The notes under the pieces were generated by a model. It made no database searches and was not told where the DNA came from. It worked only from the letters and a program-made list of their open reading frames with translations. Positions 22,653 through 35,984 of a DNA stretch of 64,000 nucleotides are shown here, in pieces. The DNA is taken from positions 1,494,374-1,558,373 of the forward strand of contig NW_019091361.1 of the NCBI RefSeq assembly GCF_001949145.1. Direction: 5' to 3'. Each line of letters opens with the position of its first letter. Within the stretch, counting starts at the first letter, position 1. Both the position numbers and the translations under genes were made by a program. The stretch comes from Acanthaster planci (taxonomy: Eukaryota).

Positions 22653-25600
22653 CTAATGGCGACCCCACGACCCGAAGAGCTTCTCAAATATTGAGGTTGT
22701 TATTTCCCCTCCCAAGATAGCTTTGTCATCTTCTGGTCCGCTCCACCTATCCATCTGTGATCTCCTTTGGTCTGGTATGAGGCTTGGAAGCTCTGGTCGG
22801 TCAGGGTTGGTAGTTGTGACTGTAGTGGTGATGTTACCGTCTGCATCTGTCTCTGTGCGCCTTTGCTCTATGGTCTGTAAAAAAAAGAACAAAAATTAAT
22901 GTTTTACCCATTATTAATGATTCCTATTGAAGATATGAGTGACAAATGTTGCAACCTTTAATTTTACAAGAGACTATTTTTCACAATTAAACTCTATCAC
23001 TCTAGACCTGTTCACGTAGTTGGTTTCTAGTAAGTAACGTACAGAGTTTTTGTGAAAATCTTTTTAGAGAGACTTTTTCTAAAAATCATTGTCCGTATTT
23101 CATCATAAGATTAAGAACCTGTCGTCACAGTGAATTCTGTATAGGAGGGAAAGTCCAAGAATTCTCACAAACAGGAAAGACTGGTAGTCCATACTTGTCA
23201 GTACGCCCTGACATCATGCACACGAGTTTACCAACAAAACACCCCAGAGGAAAAACAATCAACTCCGTGTACTTTCACAAATACTCAGCAATTCCCAAAC
23301 CAGCCGGAACTAGAAGGGAAACGTGTGACTTGGTAATGATGCAACTTCTTGTTGATGATCATGTTGACCAAATGTACTGTAGTATCATTGTTAAAGTGTT
23401 GTAAGTTTACATTCCTTAAGAAATGTCCCCACAGGGGTAATTTCCCCCTGCCCCTTTAGACACAGCACTGTTTCTCACCACCGCAACCTTGACACTCAGT
23501 TTGTGTCAGGAAGCACATGTCCAGGGCAATCGCTGTCCGGACGTCCACAATCTGGACAGCCTGACCCGTCTGACCCATGGGTGTCAAGAGAGAAAAATGC
23601 TGCATAGAATTACTGAACAAAGGAAGCCTGCTCATCTGTCAAATGTTGCAAACTGCTTTGGTGTAAAGTGCGCCCTCGTGGGACAGCTGCATGTGAAGTA
23701 GCACCACTATTTCTCTATGTCAAGGAGTTGGATAGGGCGATAAGTAAATGGCTTGTTTATCATTACGCAGTGGATATTGGTCTGTCGCTGGCAAATTAAA
23801 CTTAATGATATTTTGCCGGGCACATGTGCAGTAACTGTTTATTCAGAGGAAGAAATAATTTCACTCAACACAGTGACAATTTTAGTCTGGTTCTGAGCCA
23901 ATGTAGTCATGGTGACTTTGTATTCACCAGGTGGTTTTCCTTTAAAAAATCCCCAAAGGCTATGAATCTGAAAAAGAAAAATGCAGAACTCTGCAATTGA
24001 ATATTGAAGTCAATTAAAAAATAACAAACGAAACACATTTTCATTTTTTGAGACATGAGATCTCCAGATGTGCACAATATCCACTAGACCACAGGCCCCA
24101 CTTCAAACCCAGTGGTAATTTAATAACCTTTACAGGCTTACTCGTGTACGTGCGTCAAAGAGGGTGCTGTCTACTTGTTGCCAGCTAAATACCCTTTAGT
24201 TAAATTTAGCCAGTGATGGCTCAATACTCACTGTTTTGTCATAATGGAGTAATTTTAACACATTAATGCAACATAAAAATCACGCTCCTTTTCCCACTCA
24301 ACTGACTGTAAATGGGACACAACTGTGGTGTGTCGGGAATAGAAGCAGTCCGATGTGTTTTTGCCCTGTAACGTGATTTGTGTAATGTGTTGGGATTTGT
24401 AACTCAGTTTCCCCCTTTTCTTGTAATTTAAGACAATACGTATGGAGCCAGTGGGTAAGGAAAAAAGTTAGCACAGCATGGTATGGCATCCAAAAGATTG
24501 TTCTCTCAACATTTTGCAGTCAAGAGAACATGGATGATCAACATGATGTCAGACTTCAGAGGAAGTTTGATTATTTCTTGGAAGGTTGGTTGCTGAAAAG
24601 GAAAGTGTGTGACTGGAATGAGTCACATGGACATTGTTGTAATATGAGAAAGCTTTTGTTTCAGATGTTCATTAATTAAATGACTCAGTGTCATCATTGA
24701 TAATCTTGCTGTATCTGTGAATGGTTCAGTATGGTACTTCCTTGATAAGGCTTTCTACAATAAACCTACACAGACTGTATTCCTGATGTAGGAACCAGTT
24801 CATAAGATTGCAGCAGAAGTTTGAGGTTTAAGTTCGGATGAGGTCGTTCCAAAAACAGACCATCCCAAATTAAAAAAAAACCCTTTCTTGAGGAAGACGG
24901 GGGCCTAGTTTAAATCTGGTGAATTATTGTGATTGACTGACACACTGTCCTTGACAGGAGATTACAATTTTACACTGCAAATACCGTAACTTTGGCCAGA
25001 GAGGGAAAAAGGAGAGAGAAGAGAGGAAAATGAGAGGGAAAGACACATTACTGTATCTTTAAAGACTTAGCTGCCGCCAGGCTGGAACGCTGTAAAAAGT
25101 TAGTTCTTTGAGTTTTGTCTCCAAAAGGAAGGTTCAACTGAAGAGGGCTTCAAACCCGAAACCGCAAGAAGACCGCACCAGTGGACAACAAACTCAGTAA
25201 TCAGCCTAATTTTGACAGTCTCCCCTCTAATAGCCCACACAGAAAGAATAATAACCAATTACACTATGAGGCTCAGTTGGTATGGCAGAAGTCAAAGGTT
25301 TGAATTTCGCTTCAGCTCGTAAGTTTATTTACTTGTTGGTATTGAGGTAGGTTGCCTATTAACTGGCTATGGCTTTGAGCAATGTACACAGGTATAGAAA
25401 CGCAGCTGCAGCCGCTAGCTAGTGGCTTCCATGAGTGCATGCATTATCATCAGCCTTAGCTGCGACATGGGGACATGGCCTGACTAACCCCATCCGGCTT
25501 CCTGACAGTGTGCACTGAGATGCTCCTGAAGTGTGGCCTGGACGTGTGACCTGGTTGAGCAGGGTTATCATTGCGGGAGGAGGGCGGACTGGCCGCTTTT

Positions 25601-28600
25601 AGAATCTCGTCCAACTTCCTTCCTCTCACTTCATCATCCAGGTCTGGAAGGGCAAAGGTGATGAGAAGGATCATCGCAAGGGCACTGAGTAGGCTCGTGG
25701 CCTGGGCTGGGCCAAGAATAACTGGATCACGTCATACTACAACCGTTAGTCATACTCTAGTTTCTTTCCATCATCATCTTTTACTGTTGCTGAGCCCCAA
25801 GATGTACATAAATTGGCCCCATACAAATCCCAATATTATTGTTATTAACACTACAGAAACAACTATGCACAACTGAATAAAGAGGGTGTATCAGATATCA
25901 GTGCTGCTGTTTTTGTCATTTTTGTCATCTGTTGTGATCTCTTCAAAGATTACTTGGTTCTTTGCCAAATTGCCTATACCCCTTTGAATTACTGGGAGTT
26001 CATGCAACGGGGGGGGGTCTATTCTGAGGTGTTTTCAAGCAGAGTGGCGATTTTTATCCCCTTTCCTCCTTCTGGTTTCTCCTTTCATGTATCTGCCTGT
26101 ATTGTGTCACATGTTTGTCCCCCCCTCCCGTGACACCCATGACTGAATGAACTCATCACACTTTTTCTCTGTTCCAGTCATGCTTACCAGATGATTACTG
26201 TGCATTTATGACATTATTGCGGCATTTACATGTATCACTCTCGCTGTGGAGACCTTCACAAGTTCATCACAAGACCCTGCTAATGGGTACATGCAAATCA
26301 CATGTTTGGATGTAAGTAACAGGGCATGGGCAAGGACAAAGGAGTGCCTATGTTAAAGTGCTCTTGAATAGCTACATGTATTATTTGACCTTCGGACTTT
26401 GAGGTACTTGTGGAGACTTGTGAGGAGAAATCAATGAGCACAGAATAGAGGTTTTGCATGGCAGCCATCTTGCAGGGCAGTTCTTTTGTTCCACTGGGAA
26501 ACCTCCTTTGTGCATTTCCTGTAGAACAAAAGCGCTGGCCTGCAAGATGGCAGCCACGCAAATCCTCTATTCATACCTCTGTCTTCCTTGGGTGGGGTTG
26601 CAGGTGGTTGGGTAGGCATGTGCCAATGCCACTTTGGTTTGGTGGTCCACAGAGAATGCTATGGAGGATGCAAGGAAAGAGCATCATATCACAATGATGT
26701 AGCTATGAATACCACAGACAAATGCAGTATTATATGCAGATGAATGCAGGATGCAAATGCTCGTCGTCATGGTCACTACCTTATCAAGGCATCTTTGGCT
26801 CTTTCAGCAACTCATTTGTCTTTCATTAACCTCACCAAAGGGGATGAATATTTTCACTAGTTTGAAGACAGGAGAAGATTTGTCTGACACAACATCCATC
26901 AGGACATCAGTTGATCAGCATCAAAAGTAACTTAGCCCATTCAAACACGAAGTAACGCCTTGATCACCTTGGATGATCACCTCGATGGAAACGTTAGGAC
27001 CACGTAGCCATGTGGAGATGATGTGTATCCAACATCAACCTCATTATGTACCGATCACAGGGGTTTTTCTTGACTCTAAGTAAAGGGCAAGGCTCGGGAA
27101 AGGAACTAACGTCAATGTCTTTGTCATTTATGACTATGAAGGAACCCCCCTAACCTCGTCCTCACAAAGCCCCCAGCTATGGCAGGCAGTGCCACATCTT
27201 ACCCATGATGGCCCTCCGTCCTTTGCTTTATTCTCATCTCTTTGAAGACGGTCCTTATCAGATAGTCTGGGCATGGGTGCTGAGGGCTGGCTACTATCTG
27301 GGTGCTTCAGCATCTCATCTCGTGGGGTTTGATACCGTGGCGATGATATTGGTAGAGAGGGGTCTTGGTCTGTCCTTGAAAATACTGAAATTTGGGCCAA
27401 AATCTGTGAGAAAAATACATTCTACGAAGACACTTTGAGATGTGCCTACATACTAAACACACGTGGTGCAATCGGGTGACCAGTGTGCATGAGTATTTTA
27501 TCATGTACCAGTATGTGAGTTGTCCTGCTGTTTGAGTAACTCGTCACATGACTAGATACACGTAAGTTCATGGAACAGGACATGATACCATTACTCAACA
27601 AACTAAAAACATTCCTCTTGTACATGGTGCATGTGCACACAAGCCCCCCTTTTTGCCAAAGGGTGCTGGGTTACAGGATGGCCATTCATATCTATGACAA
27701 GAAGGGGGGAACTGGAGCATCTGGGGGGAGGGGCTACATGTACGTCCCCTCTCTCTCCAGAAGGAAAAAAAAAACCAAACAAAATTGAGAACTAATGAGA
27801 GATGCAATTGTTAGGGGGCTCTGTTTCAATTTCCTTCTTCCCAAAAGTGTGTAAAAAGCTCCTAAATGTAGCCTTTACCCCTCAGACAAACCAAAAGAGG
27901 TTAGACAAAAAAAAAATCCAAATTTTTGTCCCCCTTCCCATTTTGGAACCCTCCCCCAAATGGTTCTTGATCCATTTTTGCTGGGGGTGAAGGGGCAGGA
28001 GGATTACACTTTGCTGCTTCTGATATTGTCAACACTGCTGATGAAAGGGCAGCACTGTGACTTTCAAGGATCATTTATTGGTACAATGTGTCTCGTACTA
28101 GTTTCACTGGCTTCAGACCAGTGTACAGCAAAGTTGGGCAATCTCATCCAACTTTACAAAGAGGTGGACTGCTCCAACTGAAGCTGAAGAAGGGCTTGTT
28201 GAGCATGTTCAGCTTCCTTATTCAAAATAAAACCAAACCTTAGGTCTAAGTGGCCTTCTTCTGGGTTGGCATCAAAAGGGAAACACGTTTTTGGACATTT
28301 TATAACATGCCATGACTGAAACTTACCAGACGGTGGGAAATCACTGAGCCCAAAATTTCTGAACATCTCCTCAAAATGCCGGAACATGTCCTGGGTCTCC
28401 TCTTCAAACCTGAAGAAAAGATCATCGCCGAACCTTCCACCCCGACCTGGGCCAAAAGTCGCATTGTCGTTCATCTCATCATTTTCATCTACACCAAACG
28501 GGCTGCCAAAGAACCCAAAGTCAGGAGGTGTGTTGAAGTCATCCCTTTCTTCACAGTCACTGAAATAAAAGTACATGCATGACCGTTTACTGTGAGGAAT

Positions 28601-30923
28601 AACCCTGTGTGTGAACAGTTTGGAATGTATCAGCTATGTACATGTACATACGTGTACACTTACATGTACATGTACGGAAAATGTGCTAATGAAAACCTAT
28701 ACATGTACATGTATTTACATGACGCATCCTTTTTTCTTGTAGTGTTTTGCCAAAGTAATGGTTCCAACCCTATGAAAACAGAAAATGAAAAACTTATACT
28801 CCCTCAGTCATATTGGACGCCAGATTTTTGAGGCTGCTCACTCCATTGGGGGGTTTGTACAATGTACATGTACATGGATATGGGACACTCATCAGCTACT
28901 GTACATGTGCATGTATGTTCATGTATTCCACCGTTTGTTTCCTTCCACACTCACACCAGTGTGTATTTGCCTNNNNNNNNNNNNNNNNNNNNNNNNNNNG
29001 TTGTCAATTGGGGACCTTATTGTCCTCTATTGTTCAGGGTCCCCAATTGAATGCAGAAACAAACTCACAAAGATCATGTACATGAACATGTGCTGAGAAA
29101 TTCCAATATTTCAGTTCATAAATCTTTACTTTATCTTTTCAAATGTACCAGTTACATGTTACTTTACCACCATTTTCCAATTTTGTTGGAAATACTGTGA
29201 AACATACCCAAGAATGAGAATAAACTACAGTATTTTGACATTCATCAAGATCAGCACACACATGGAGACTCTGTTAACCATAATTTGTCAAAAGGTTCAA
29301 TAATATTGTGATTATTTAAATATCCAGACCTACAAATACCAAGCATCTGATTTGAAGATGCATATTCCAAAGCATAGTTTTCCGTTGAATTGTGAACTTC
29401 AACTTTTGAAGTACATTTCATTGGGTTATGCCAGCAGCTATGTACATGTATGGACATGATTGTATCAGTCTGACACAGCCAGAATGGAAGTTTCATACAT
29501 TATCCAGGGTAGAGCTCTATCAGTTGTAAGTCTCCGGACTTCCGGAGGGAGAAGACATTGAAGGTCAGATTGACGTGGGAGGAAGGGTAGAGTTCCATAT
29601 ACGGACACCAATAATTTTCCCTTAAAAATGTACATGTATGACAGCCATCAGAAACTGGTAGCATGTCCTAAAAAGTGAAGTTTAGCCGAGAAAATTCTGA
29701 AGCATTTACTTCTGAAGAAAAAACACAGACAAGTCTCATAGGTTTGTGCACAGGGGCATTAAGTGTTGTCCGTATATGAAATTCTTCCTGGGGGAACCCT
29801 GGACAAAGATTCCAGAGAACCCCCTCCCCCAAAAACCTCAGAGAGGATCCGAGAATCAAATGCACGTCAGCCTACATGTAGATGGGATTTGAACCCCAGT
29901 CATGGGGATAAAACTGAGGAAAGTATGTGCAGCCTACTGTTGGCTCCCCCGACTGCCTATGCCCAGTTTAAAGTCTATCAAGGACTGGCCACATTACTGT
30001 TTGCCCAATCTATAGCATAAGTCCCAACTATTGTTGACCAATGTCTGTTGGAAATGTCTCAACATTATCCAAGTCAATGTGGCTCACTTGGCACAATTCA
30101 TCTAAAATGTGGCACCTCATCTGTTCATCTAGCCCTATGACCAATGACATGACATTTGTAAGCAATATGACTTTGGCACATGCTGGGCACATCGTGCACA
30201 CAGGACCTCTTTGCTGTAGTTAGGCCGGCCCAACTGTAGCACTCTGGTTGGGACGGGCCCTACTATAGTTGGCACTGGCCCAACTATAGTTGGGATTGAT
30301 GCTATAGTTGGGGCGTAACATTACTACTTAAGGAAAAATGGAGATGACACTGCCAAGCATGCCAAGACTCCCATCAAAATGTGTCGTGACTTTAGGCCTT
30401 CCCATACTTAGGTCTAGACTATATCCTCAATCCTCCTATTTTGAGTATTTTACAAATTCTCACAGTAGGCCAATGTCATTAAATCACCCTCCTCTTTACA
30501 ACCCATGACTCCATATTAACCATCCACTGTTTTAACTGAGCTCCGCTCCTACATGTATCAATCTTTCTAATTTTTGTGCTTATCTTCTGATTTCAAATGG
30601 AACACTCACACTAACACGGTGGCGTACAAAATGGCGTGATACGGTCGTCTTTCGTCAAGGTCTGGTCTGAATGTCAGTTATTTTCAAAAGTGGACTTCGT
30701 TTTCCTTATTATATAGGAACAGGGTGCTAATGGCAATGAACGCCAGAATGACGTAATCGCTCATTCAACATCCTTGTCTTCCTACCGAGGCACGCGACGG
30801 CGCGGTGCCAATTATTGAATTAAAAACACATCACGATCTTCAATAAAAAAATTCTTACTTCTCCATAGAGCCTCTAGGGTAGTGCATCCCAAAAAAGGAA
30901 CGAAATATGTCGTTAAAATCCAT
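22653..30923 (-). CDS. HAX1: HCLS1-associated protein X-1 homolog, 6 coding exons
   Basis: Exons (minus): 30923-30859, 28559-28327, 27384-27203, 26658-26577, 25643-25489, 22874-22653; all GT-AG, phases 2,1,0,1,0. The protein MDFNDIFRSFFG.. YQTPRDEMLKHPDS.. EDRDLDDEV.. HFRSISVHTVRKPDG|TIEQRRTETDADGNITTTVT.. IFEKLFGSW matches recalled HAX1 motifs ([51 protein letters not shown]). Confidence 0.93.
23094..23369 (+). repeat. ~280-bp dispersed repeat, copy 2, inside the last HAX1 intron
   Basis: Near-identical to 19298-19584. Confidence 0.9.
29998..30320. mobile_element. Non-autonomous TIR element with TGT...ACA ends and a 4-bp TSD (Ginger-like), copy 1, in HAX1 intron 1
   Basis: TTAC|TGTTTGCCCAA...TTGGGGCGTAACA|TTAC; interior homologous to 50297-50653; left TIR partly deleted. 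Confidence 0.75.
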
Positions 30924-31786
30924 ACTTCGGACAACTGGACTCTCAACTCTCTGCGTTACACGTCACAAACACTACTACTGTACATAGTCTATGCCCCTAT
31001 GTGTACAAGGATTGCACACGTACGTATATTTTCTTTCGCATTCGTAACCACGACCGCTTGAGGGCTTCTGATTTTAGTCTGTTCTCCTCTTGCGAAACGC
31101 TCTCCCAGTTGTTCCTCATTGACTGGGAGCTAGACAAAAAATGAGTTCAACAGAATTGACGGCTGTTCTAGTTCTACAGTACAAATGTACAGAATCTAAA
31201 AAATTAACAGTTAACAGTCGTCGTTGCGGCTTTCCCGATAGATACGTCACGGCTATTTTTAGCACAAGAAATAAACAGAATCTCCTCGAAAGTTCTGTAA
31301 ACAGGGCAGTGGAGACCTGATCGCAGCCCCGCTCAGGAGGCTGATGCAACTCTGTAACGGGATGAGAATATCAACGCACACGTGTCTTTACACACAAGAT
31401 TAGTTCCTAGAAACGATTTTGTTCGACGTGTCGAGAGCGTGTTGGTTGCTTTTGAGAAATCTACGTGTCCCTTTTGCGATATGTTCGTCATAAAAACTGG
31501 GAGAATATGTGACAAAAATATCCGTCTGTTTATTCTTGAACAACACAGAGATACACAAAAATTATCTGAGCCATATCCGCCCGGTCATATCACACATTAT
31601 CATTAAACAAGTGCGTTTGAGTGAAATTTCCAGGTTGCACCAATTTTGCTCTGCAGTTAAAACCAGCCGTTTTCTCGGATGTGCATGAAACCGTTCAAGT
31701 GAGTTAGTCCAACTTTAGTTTATAGAGAGCAAGCTGTGAGTCGCCAGTACTTCCACGTTTCTCAGCAAAAAGTCCACATACTTGTT

Positions 31787-34045
31787 ATGGCGTCTCTTCC
31801 GAAGATTTGCGCAATGGCGCTCGTGCTTGCTGCTGGTGTGGGCAGTGAAGGCAGGATTCCGCCTCATCAGTCTTGGTAAGTCTGGGCTTCGTCAAAACTT
31901 CCATGTGGTTTGTCAATTTTAAGTTGTTTATTAGTGGGGCATACAAATTCACAGTTGTTGGTTGATAAAGGAAGGCAATAATGATTGTTAGAAACATAAT
32001 ATTACAATATTCAAACATTCTTGTTTATTCTTATCATTTTTGTTCATGAAGTTGCAATCAACATGCCAGCAACCAACCGATCTATGGCACCCACACTCCA
32101 TCGTCCAGGCTGCTTATGAATTCATTTTTCCGGGACCCATGGTTCGATCACGATGACCTTTGGCATGACCCCTTCAGCTGGAGTCACCACTTCCCCTGGG
32201 GTTTCTCTCATCGGCCATGGGGAATGGGGCTGTCTGTTCTCCACCCACCCCGTTCCGCTGAAAGGACATCAAAGATTGGCTGCCAGTGGTGTCAGGATGA
32301 TTCTACTCAAATGAAAAGCTTGGGCATAGTAAGTTCTTTTTTTGTCTTTTTTAAGTCTATTTTTAGAAAGCAATTGTTAACCCCCTAAACTCCACTAACA
32401 CTGTCAATGAGATGAGAATGAGACATGCCCTCTCTTCCCGTACAAATGTACTTATCCAGCCTTTTCGTCCGTGACAGTTATCACTGCAAACAGTTCAACA
32501 GGTGAATTATAGGCTGAGCAATTGTAAGTGTGATAAAAAAACATTTGCAATATTATTGACAGTTTTTAATGGACCTAAGCTTGGTAGGCAGTAACAACTT
32601 TGCAAGTGGCTTTTATGAAAGGTTGAATACTTTAGACACAAATTTATGAGAATAGTCATCAGGGTTGGATAATCTTCATTTTTCTGTCGTTTCGATTTAC
32701 AGCAGGAGGCACACCGGCAAAGAAATGATCTGGGTTGCCAAAGTCAAGAAGAGGGTGATGACAATAATGGGAGGTCTCAGACGACAGGGGACAAATACAA
32801 GATGGAGAGAGAAGAGCAGCAGCAGCTGATGGAAGAGCAGAGACTCCAGCAGGAGATGAGGAAGCAAAGGCTAGAGGAGGATGCTGAGCTCCAAAGGCAT
32901 CAAGATGAAAGGAGATGGCAAGAGGAGAGGATGAGACAGAGGCAGCAAAGACGACAGGAAGAAGAGGCTGAGAGGCGGAGACAACAGTGGGAGGAGGAGC
33001 AGAGAGTGAAGAAGTGGAGAGCGGCAGAGAAGAGGCGCATTCAGCAGGAACAAGAAATGAGACGAAAAAGGATGCAAGAGCAAGAGGCTATACAGGAGAC
33101 GAAACAACAGATGGAATGGAATCATCAAAAGCAGGTAGGTTATGACAGTGCTTGCTTCTCTCAGACCTATAGCTGCGAGTGATAATTGTTTAAAAATTGA
33201 AAGTGTCTACGTCTCTAAGCCTGAGATGTAAACTACGCAACTTAAGTTGATGCAATTTTTTTATTTGAATTATAAAGATAACTGACTTACAAATACGTAC
33301 GCCAGAAAGACCAGGAAGTCTCAAACGTGCTTCGTCACTCAGTGACCCAAGTACTTTTTGGCCTATTTGAGAAACCTATTCAAATGCAAGTCCAGACAGT
33401 GTAGTCTTTGGTGCAGCTTTCATTGTTTACCCATTTTAAAATCAATCACAAGCCCCTGCTTTGTTCAAGCAAAAGGTGATGACTAATACCTTGCTCATTT
33501 GCCAGGGAATGAATGACAACATGAGGCATCACCAAGGGAGCTCCCGTCAAGCTCTGCATTCACAATTCCGGAAAACCCAGGTGGCTACTCTGTATATCCC
33601 CGGCTATACTCCAGAGGATGTGTCTGTCACCACCTCGGGCAACAGGCTGGTTGTGCAAGGAAAGCATGTCTGTGATTGTCAGGAGGAGTGTACAGCAAAG
33701 GAGTTCAAACGAGGTTTTGAGATCCCTAAGAACGTGGACCCGGCCAGCCTGGACGCCAGACTCGTGCAAGGTGGGCAGTTAACGATCAGCGGGAATCAGT
33801 ACAATGCTCGTATCCAACCGACGGGCGATTGGGTGGTTTCCGTCGAGGGCGACGGCTCTTTCTCTCCGCGACCCAGGAATGTTGACCCGACGTGCGGAGG
33901 GAGAAGGACTGGTTTCAAGTTGAAAAAGTTGAATAAGAGGACCGGGCAAATTGTGGAAGATGAGGAGCTTGTGGAGGAAGTGGCCCAAAGGACTTTTGAA
34001 GGTGAAGTCGATGAGGATGGGGTTACCATGGAAGTAGAATATTGA
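31787..34045 (+). CDS. Small heat-shock (HSP20/alpha-crystallin domain) protein with predicted signal peptide and E/R/Q-rich helix, 4 exons, ~445 aa
   Basis: Exons 31787-31875, 32052-32328, 32703-33134, 33506-34045; GT-AG, phases 2,0,0. ACD motif IPGYTPEDVSVTTSGNRLVVQGKH..KEFKRGFEIPKNVDPASLDARLVQGGQLTISG. The WF/DPF-rich N-terminal region (FFRDPWFD..WHDPFSW) is typical of sHSPs. Confidence 0.82.
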
Positions 34046-35984
34046 TAAGTAAAAAAAAGGTTAGCTAAAAAGGTAAATTAATTTGCATTAATTCTGTTGT
34101 GTGCTCAATGCTACCACATAAAATCAATGCTCAAATCAAGAGAGCCAATTTCCTCACTGATTTAAATGTACAAATTGTCTTGTCTACTAGGAACCAGAAT
34201 ACAAGATGAATGTTTTATTACAATGTTCGGTCCATTGTAAAAGCCAAAGATTGAAAACTAGTGATCCTCTTCAACAGAAACTTGTTGGTTGGGAAATTTT
34301 AATTCAAAGGGTAAACACAGTATGCATATTGGATTTTGTTCACTGTCACATTACGGATGAAATACATGGCTGCTACACCTGGGACTCCAAATTTATTCCA
34401 TGCTTTAACATGCATGTGAAACTATCAACAATACTTTCCCCACGTTTCAAAGTTTACAAGCCATGCATCTTAATGCATAAAACTAAGTTGAAGGGCACCA
34501 GATGTGTTAACTGCGGCATAGTGAATTTGTCAGCTGTGGATGATGTTATTGGAAGTGGTTTCCCGTTGATTGCTCGTACATATACATAAAGGTACACTGG
34601 TTTGTTATTAAACAACTTCTAGTTTATACATTTATTTATTTAGTCTTTTGTAGAACAATTTTTTGTAAAGTTGATGTACATGTACTTTTACGTAAAATTA
34701 TTCTGACAATGAAGGTTGGTGTTTCAACAATTTTTTTCGTAGTTTTAGTAGTAACTTGACAAGAGAATTGTGACTTCATTTGATAAAGCCAAGTCAAGAA
34801 TAGCTTTATTAGCAGTCTGTCAAATGAAAAATCAAACCACAGACTGTAGAATTGACATTCCATCATTATCATGTATATCCAACAACGAATGCAATTGGAA
34901 ATACTGCAACATAATAGACTCAGGTTAAGGACCACATGGAAATTTTATTATGTTTCACTTTTTATACATCCAAAATTCCATTTGTGTTTTGTAGGATGAA
35001 AAGAGTAAGTTTTGTCTCTTTTCACTTTCTTAAAGAAATGTTGAAACTGAAGGTATTTAATAAATTGTATTCAGGTTAAAACTTCGCTATCAAAGTCACA
35101 TACACATTTTTCCCCAAAAGGATATCGATAAAGTAAGAAAGTACACAGAAGATGTGCCATTCTAATATCAAAGAGCTCCTTCAAAAGTAGTATTCAATGT
35201 ACCAAACAAACTGTAAATATATGTATATAATATTCTAACAGAATTTAAGGAGGAATCTGCAAGTCTCTTCAGAACAAAGACCACAAACCCTATCTGAGAC
35301 ACATTACATGTAATCCTGAATTTGGTACCTGTGCTTGCAATCTTTCCACTGATATGTACAGTTCTAAAAAGCACGTTCACAGTTGCTTCATAGGGGCTCA
35401 CAGAAAGTAATACATTTGTGGAGGGTTCACTTTTTTTGGATGAAATGATCTGGCATTGTAGAATCTTCCGTGACAATGTGCAGTCATTGCAAGCGTGCAA
35501 ATGTAAACATGTAGACGGGCATCAAGGTCTGATGACTTTGTCACAGAACAGCTCACTGTCGAGCAAGGGATAAGAAGGAACAGCAACTCTGTCCCACCCT
35601 GCACGCAGGTTGGCACATCCCCCTACCAACTTACAAATAACCCTCACTACACGTAAATACCTGAAGCACAGTCTACTGATAATTTCCATTTTCTCCATGA
35701 TACGTTCTGGATTTGAGTACATACAAACAAGGAACTGTTAATTAACAGCAAAGTAGCAGATTTGGCAGTCTAAGAAAGTTCCTTACAACAGGACAATGGG
35801 GTTAACAACAAGTTATCAGTTATCAAGGGCTATAGGGTCCATCCTGTTTTTACAGCACAGTGCTCATCAGCCCTCAACGCCTCTCCACATTTCAAAGGCT
35901 AACACTGTAAGCACGGCGGTTTATCTAAACATTCCTCACAGACTGCAGGAAGTAGTCTGGATACCAAACCACACAACCACTCCT

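Noticed and set aside
25138..25170. Hammerhead-like CTGAAGA-GGG-cttcaaa-CCC-GAAA in a HAX1 intron
   Set aside because: No NUH cleavage triplet or stem I pairing follows; at most a decayed Penelope-like fragment.
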